Shown here one piece after another: positions 63,432 through 64,000 of a DNA stretch of 64,000 bases. The first letter of the stretch is position 1; the number at the start of each line of letters is the position of its first letter. The translations under genes and the position numbers were made by a program. The notes beneath the pieces are model-generated. The model was not told where the DNA came from, did no database searches, and saw only the letters and a list, made by a program, of their open reading frames with translations. This stretch comes from Candidatus Eiseniibacteriota bacterium (lineage in GTDB: Bacteria; Eisenbacteria; RBG-16-71-46): NCBI GenBank assembly GCA_963776245.1, contig CAVZLN010000008.1, positions 320,001 to 384,000 of the forward strand, given 5' to 3'.

Positions 63432-64000
63432 CGCGCGCCACGTAGAGCACGAAGACCACCATCGCCAGGTAGAGCACCAGCACGATGCCGATCGGCCGGT
63501 CGGTGAGCAGCACCTGCGAGGGGTCCTCGCTGGTCTCGGAGACGCGCACCAGGTAGAGGTAGCGGAAGATGCCGTACGCCACGAACGGCACGGTGTAGAG
63601 CAGCGACTCGGTGTGGAACTTGGCGACCGTCGCGGGCCAGATGGTGTAGAGCGCGTAGGACATCACGCTGGTCGCGGCCGAGATCAGTGAGCATCCCGTC
63701 GAGCAGCTCCGGCGTGTAGCGCGACAGCACCGCGCGCTGCGACGAGGCCTCGTGCGCCGGCGTTGACGAGCTCGCGCCGGCGCTTGCTGAGCGCCAGGAA
63801 CAGCGCGCCGAAGAACGTGCACACCAGCAGCCACGGCGAGATCTCGGTGTCGGGCGACGACCGGCCGCAGCAGCTCGACGCCGGCGATGCGCGCGCAGCA
63901 CGAAGCCGAGCGCGATCGATGAACACGTCGAGGATCACCTGGTGCTTGAGGCCGAAGGTGTAGGCGAGGTTGATCGCCAGGTAGAGCGCCCGCCACGCCC
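63428..64000 (-). CDS. UbiA-family prenyltransferase (decaprenyl-phosphate phosphoribosyltransferase-like), 3' part, frameshifted
   Basis: LAYTFGLKHQVILDVF, ISPWLL, ALFLALSKRRREL, TVPFVAYGIFRYL, EDPSQVLLTDRP. Confidence 0.85.

Overview
This is a very GC-rich (about 70%+) bacterial chromosomal window from a diderm. The combination of PorV-like and FlgD-Ig proteins, spoVG and hybrid kinases suggests an FCB-related candidate lineage such as Eisenbacteria, but that is inference only. Most of it is housekeeping on the minus strand: yceD-rpmF-plsX-fabH-fabD-fabG-acpP-fabF-rnc; aldehyde dehydrogenase-sucC-sucD-ndk; rfaE1/rfaE2; radC-archease; selA; smc-ftsY; livKHMGF; and ispE-spoVG-tRNA-Gln-prs-rplY-pth-rpsF-ssb-rpsR-DUF2232-rplI with envelope genes. 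Many essential genes carry single-base frameshifts, most likely sequencing or assembly errors. Two features stand out. (1) A four-gene operon at 11.5-20.1 kb with its own promoter-like site encodes a secreted beta-propeller/Y_Y_Y/FlgD-Ig protein, a PorV-like barrel fused to a transglutaminase-like Cys-His-Glu domain and TPRs, a free TPR protein that copies that C-terminal module (both end in YWK), and a CHASE2-PP2C phosphatase. It is a candidate trans-envelope signalling system. (2) Two tandem cold-shock genes encoding identical proteins each sit behind their own promoter-like site and a ~190-nt leader whose hairpins (GNRA stem-loop, intrinsic terminator, three further stems) are conserved through covariation, a candidate new cis-regulatory RNA. 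All calls were made by eye from motifs; no searches were run.
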